This document shows, in pieces, positions 5,291 through 7,131 of a stretch of DNA of 7,131 nt. The stretch is from IMG/VR virus record IMGVR_UViG_3300005515_000611; one strand, written 5' to 3'. The notes under the pieces are model-generated. The model worked only from the letters and a program-made list of their open reading frames with translations, searched no databases and had not been told where the DNA came from. A program made the position numbers and the translations under genes. Each line of letters begins with the position of its first letter. Position 1 is the stretch's first letter. This DNA is from a virus.

Positions 5291-6496
5291 ATGTTCTACC
5301 TTCGCACAGGGGGCAATGGCTCCGGCAAGACTCTGCTCACCCTCAAGGACGTTCGCGCTCTCCAGCTGGAGACTGGTCGTCCGGTGTGCATCAACATCCG
5401 CCCGGCCACCGACGAGAAGAAGCCGAATCAGCCCTATTGCAACATCAAGCCGGAGAAGCTCGAAGAGTTTGGCTGGAAGAAGATCCGCTTCGAGGACTGG
5501 GAAGCGCAGGACGACAACACCATCTTCCTGATCGACGAGTGCCACTACGACCTGCCTGTCAGGTCGACCAAGGTCCCTCCCCCGCACATTCAACGCCTTA
5601 CCGAGCATCGCTCGCGAGGCTTCGATTTCTTCCTGCTCACCCAGCATCCGAAGAACATCGACAGCTTCGTGCGCAACCTTGTGCAGGCACCTGGCTGGCA
5701 CGAACACATCAAGCGCCTGGGAGGTGCTCTCCCGGTCGCCAACTTCCACCAGTGGGACGCGGTCAACATCCAGTGCGAGAAGTTCGGCAGCGCGAAGGAT
5801 GCCAACTCGAAGACACGTCCGTATCCGACCGAGGTTTACACCTGGTACGAGTCGGCCACGATCCACACCGGCAGGAAGCGCATCCCGTGGCGCGTGTGGT
5901 TCATCCTGGCGGCCGTCGTGCTGATCCCGTACCTGTTCTACAGCGGCTTCTCGCAGATCGGCAAAGGCACCGCAGGGAAGCAGTCCTCGAGCAAGGCAGA
6001 TCCTGCTCGAGGAGGATCTGCCGCTGGTGGAGGCGGCGCCGTGGCGAACCAGGTCAAGACGCCTGCGGAGTACGTCGCGAGCTATCAGCCGCGGGTCCCT
6101 GGTCTGATGCACTCGGCGCCGGCCTACGACGGGTTGACCATGCCCAAGCGTGTTCCGGTGCCGGCCGCGTGCGTCGAAATGCCCTCGAAGGGCTGCAAGT
6201 GCTACACGCAGGACGCCACGCCCTACCCTGTCGAACTGGCGATGTGCCGCCAGATCGTCGCGCATGGCGTCTTCCTGGCCTTCCAGGCCGAGGGCGAGCT
6301 GGCCGGTCGCAACCAGGTGCAGCAGCCCCTCAAGGGCCAGGAACCCGTCCAGGCGGCCCCTAGCGCCCCGCCTGGGCTCGTTTTGATCGGTGGGGGCATC
6401 CCTACCGCCCCGAACCCGCCTGCGGTCGCTCCTGCGGCTCCTGCGCAGCCTCGTGTCCAGCCTGGTTCAAAATGGTCTTTCACCACCGGAGGCTGA
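5291..6496 (+). CDS. Zot-like / gene I-like phage assembly ATPase, 401 aa
   Basis: Walker A GGNGSGKT occupies residues 7-14 (5309..5332) and Walker B-like IFLIDE occupies residues 78-83. A single TM helix, WRVWFILAAVVLIPYLFYSGF, lies at about residues 200-220. The periplasmic C-domain carries a CKCYTQD motif and a Pro/Ala-rich tail. The start lies 3 nt after the gVI-like stop. Confidence 0.9.
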   Translation: MFYLRTGGNGSGKTLLTLKDVRALQLETGRPVCINIRPATDEKKPNQPYCNIKPEKLEEFGWKKIRFEDWEAQDDNTIFLIDECHYDLPVRSTKVPPPHIQRLTEHRSRGFDFFLLTQHPKNIDSFVRNLVQAPGWHEHIKRLGGALPVANFHQWDAVNIQCEKFGSAKDANSKTRPYPTEVYTWYESATIHTGRKRIPWRVWFILAAVVLIPYLFYSGFSQIGKGTAGKQSSSKADPARGGSAAGGGGAVANQVKTPAEYVASYQPRVPGLMHSAPAYDGLTMPKRVPVPAACVEMPSKGCKCYTQDATPYPVELAMCRQIVAHGVFLAFQAEGELAGRNQVQQPLKGQEPVQAAPSAPPGLVLIGGGIPTAPNPPAVAPAAPAQPRVQPGSKWSFTTGG

Positions 6497-6497
6497 C

Positions 6498-6608
6498 ATG
6501 GCGGACTGGTTCGAGCTCGTGATGTGGGCACTGTTTGTAGCCGCGGCCGCCTGGATCAATTGCGACGGCTTTAAGAAATTCAAGCGCTCGTTCGACCTGG
6601 ACGATTGA
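6498..6608 (+). CDS. 36-aa coat-like membrane miniprotein
   Basis: A strong SD GGAGG (6489..6493) lies 4 nt before ATG 6498, which is 1 nt after the Zot-like stop. The protein has an acidic N-terminus (MADWFE), a hydrophobic core LVMWALFVAAAAWI and a basic segment FKKFKR. This mirrors signal-less inovirus coat or minor-coat proteins. The longer track ORF from 6390 runs in an alternative frame over the Zot-like 3' end. Confidence 0.55.
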   Translation: MADWFELVMWALFVAAAAWINCDGFKKFKRSFDLDD

Positions 6609-6746
6609 GCGCGAGTTCTACCAGGTCGAAAGCACCAGGTCGAAATTACGTGCCCCTGCGCAAGCGCCCTCACCACTGAAAAGCAAAACGCCGGAGCCCT
6701 TGTGGCGTAGGCATCGTGGTTCGACCTGGTCGAAATAACGTGCCCC
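6591..6746. repeat. GGTCGAA-motif inverted and direct repeat cluster at the start of the intergenic region
   Basis: TTCGACCTGG (6591..6600) is the exact complement of CCAGGTCGAA at 6621..6630 and again at 6635..6644. TTCGACC-T-GGTCGAA forms a palindrome at 6720..6734. A 19-nt direct repeat, GGTCGAAAT[T/A]ACGTGCCCC, occurs at 6638..6656 and 6728..6746 with 1 mismatch. Confidence 0.85.
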
Positions 6747-6774
6747 GGCTTTAAAACCCAACGTGAAGAAAAAC

Positions 6775-6790
6775 GCTCGTGGCCACGAGC
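6775..6790. repeat. Perfect 16-bp palindrome GCTCGTGGCCACGAGC
   Basis: Read directly from the sequence: GCTCGTGG is the reverse complement of CCACGAGC. A smaller palindrome, GCACC-T-GGTGC, follows at about 6796..6806. Confidence 0.9.
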
Positions 6791-6830
6791 TCCTGCACCT
6801 GGTGCGTAGCCGGCGGGATTTGACCAGGCA

Positions 6831-6894
6831 CGTAGACACGCAGCCCACGTAGACACAGGCGCCAGCGTAGACACACCCGTAGACACGTAGACAC
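6831..6894 (+). repeat. Five direct copies of the 9-mer CGTAGACAC (iteron-like array)
   Basis: Exact copies start at 6831, 6848, 6866, 6878 and 6886, giving spacings of 17, 18, 12 and 8 nt. The last two share one base. All copies are in the same orientation, in non-coding DNA. Confidence 0.95.
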
Positions 6895-6897
6895 GCA

Positions 6898-6952
6898 GTG
6901 CGAGTGCGAGGGTGTGCGAGCTGGAGACTGTGCGAGTGGGCGTAGTGCGAGT
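6898..6952 (+). repeat. Five direct copies of the heptamer GTGCGAG (iteron-like array), immediately after the CGTAGACAC array
   Basis: Exact copies start at 6898, 6904, 6914, 6930 and 6945, giving spacings of 6, 10, 16 and 15 nt. Three copies extend to GTGCGAGT. All copies are in the same orientation. Confidence 0.95.
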
Positions 6953-7001
6953 GCCTGGTCGGAGCCTGCTGGCGTAGCTCCCTGCCCTTTCTACCTGGCA
7001 C

Positions 7002-7031
7002 AAAAGATAAAGGCCCCAATTGGGGCCTTTT
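7002..7031. terminator. Bidirectional rho-independent terminator (second copy of the hairpin at 1..20)
   Basis: The perfect 16-nt palindrome GGCCCCAATTGGGGCC (7012..7027 and 1..16) gives a 6-bp G/C stem with a 4-nt loop. It is followed by TTTT on the plus strand and preceded by AAAAGATAAA, which reads as a T-rich tract on the minus strand. It sits at the end of the plus-strand operon and 38 nt downstream of the minus-strand repressor stop. Confidence 0.75.
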
Positions 7032-7131
7032 CAAATTCATTTAGTATTTCAGGAATTACATTTTTTCAACCGAAATTCGGTTGACATAAGCCGGATTGTG
7101 TTCGGCTAATTCGAGCTTTTGCACATTGTGT
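7012..7131. repeat. Right copy of the exact 120-bp direct terminal repeat; 7066..7131 duplicates the 3' end of the repressor CDS
   Basis: Identical to 1..120. The window ends inside the duplicated repressor gene, consistent with circular permutation or overlap rather than a biological LTR. Confidence 0.97.

Larger units (their letters stand above)
1..7011 (+). mobile_element. One complete unit of a circular filamentous-phage (Inoviridae-like) genome, either replicative form or prophage unit
   Basis: An exact 120-bp terminal overlap closes the circle. Gene order is Rep, ssDNA-binding protein, small membrane proteins, signal-peptide major coat, Gly-rich C-anchored adsorption protein, gVI-like protein, then a Walker-A Zot/gI-like ATPase. 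A roughly 460-bp structured intergenic region and a divergent repressor complete the layout. Size and layout are typical of inoviruses. Confidence 0.85.

Noticed and set aside
5871-5893. Internal gXI-like start within the gI-like gene just before the TM helix
   Set aside because: There is no in-frame ATG upstream of the TM segment. The only candidate is GTG at about 5891, with AGGAAG roughly 15 nt upstream, which is too far for a functional SD. This is not supportable from sequence.
4790-6265. 491-aa minus-strand ORF antisense to the gVI- and Zot-like genes
   Set aside because: An antisense shadow ORF of GC-rich coding DNA. The opposite strand carries Walker A/B motifs and TM helices that identify the real frames.
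4981-6363. 460-aa plus-strand ORF in an alternative frame over the gVI/gI-like genes
   Set aside because: Its composition is Arg/Gly/Pro/His-rich and low-complexity. It overlaps two genes that have strong functional signatures in other frames, and it has no SD.
6831-6952. CRISPR array as an explanation for the short repeats
   Set aside because: The repeat units are only 7-9 nt, with spacers of about 0-9 nt, far below CRISPR repeat and spacer sizes. No cas genes are present.
6467-7040. Minus-strand ORFs of 178 aa and 140 aa across the intergenic repeat region
   Set aside because: Their sequences are dictated by the short tandem repeats (repetitive RVYV, CVY and HSH strings). They overlap the Zot-like 3' end or the terminator. 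The region behaves as structured non-coding DNA.

Overview
The window is one complete circular filamentous-phage (Inoviridae-like) genome written linearly. Bases 1..120 are identical to 7012..7131, so the unit length is 7011 bp. The cause is either a circular-contig overlap or the junction of tandem prophage copies. The DNA is GC-rich with G/C-dominated third codon positions, which suggests a beta- or gammaproteobacterial host; I cannot name the phage from sequence alone. Eleven plus-strand genes follow the canonical inovirus order: an unknown first gene, a rolling-circle Rep (gII-like, with a possible in-frame gX-like product), and a gV-like ssDNA-binding protein. Next come three small proteins, of which two are single-pass membrane proteins and one is a soluble basic, possibly ribbon-helix-helix regulator. 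These are followed by the major coat protein (gVIII-like), an adsorption protein (gIII-like), a gVI-like protein, a Zot/gI-like assembly ATPase, and a 36-aa coat-like miniprotein. One minus-strand gene encodes an HTH repressor-like protein, separated from the plus-strand operon by a switch region carrying two copies of a 19-bp palindrome. No secretin (gIV) and no integrase or recombinase gene is present. About 460 bp (6609..7011 plus 1..54) is non-coding and highly structured. It holds GGTCGAA-based inverted and direct repeats, a 16-bp perfect palindrome, two adjacent five-copy short-motif arrays (CGTAGACAC x5, GTGCGAG x5), a bidirectional terminator and an AT-rich island. I see no evidence of a defence system, CRISPR array, tRNA or rRNA. 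The parts most worth follow-up are the iteron-like arrays, the possible RHH regulator inside the coat-gene cluster, the operator pair, and the twin hairpins at the Rep start. The long antisense and alternative-frame ORFs in the track look like GC-rich shadow ORFs.
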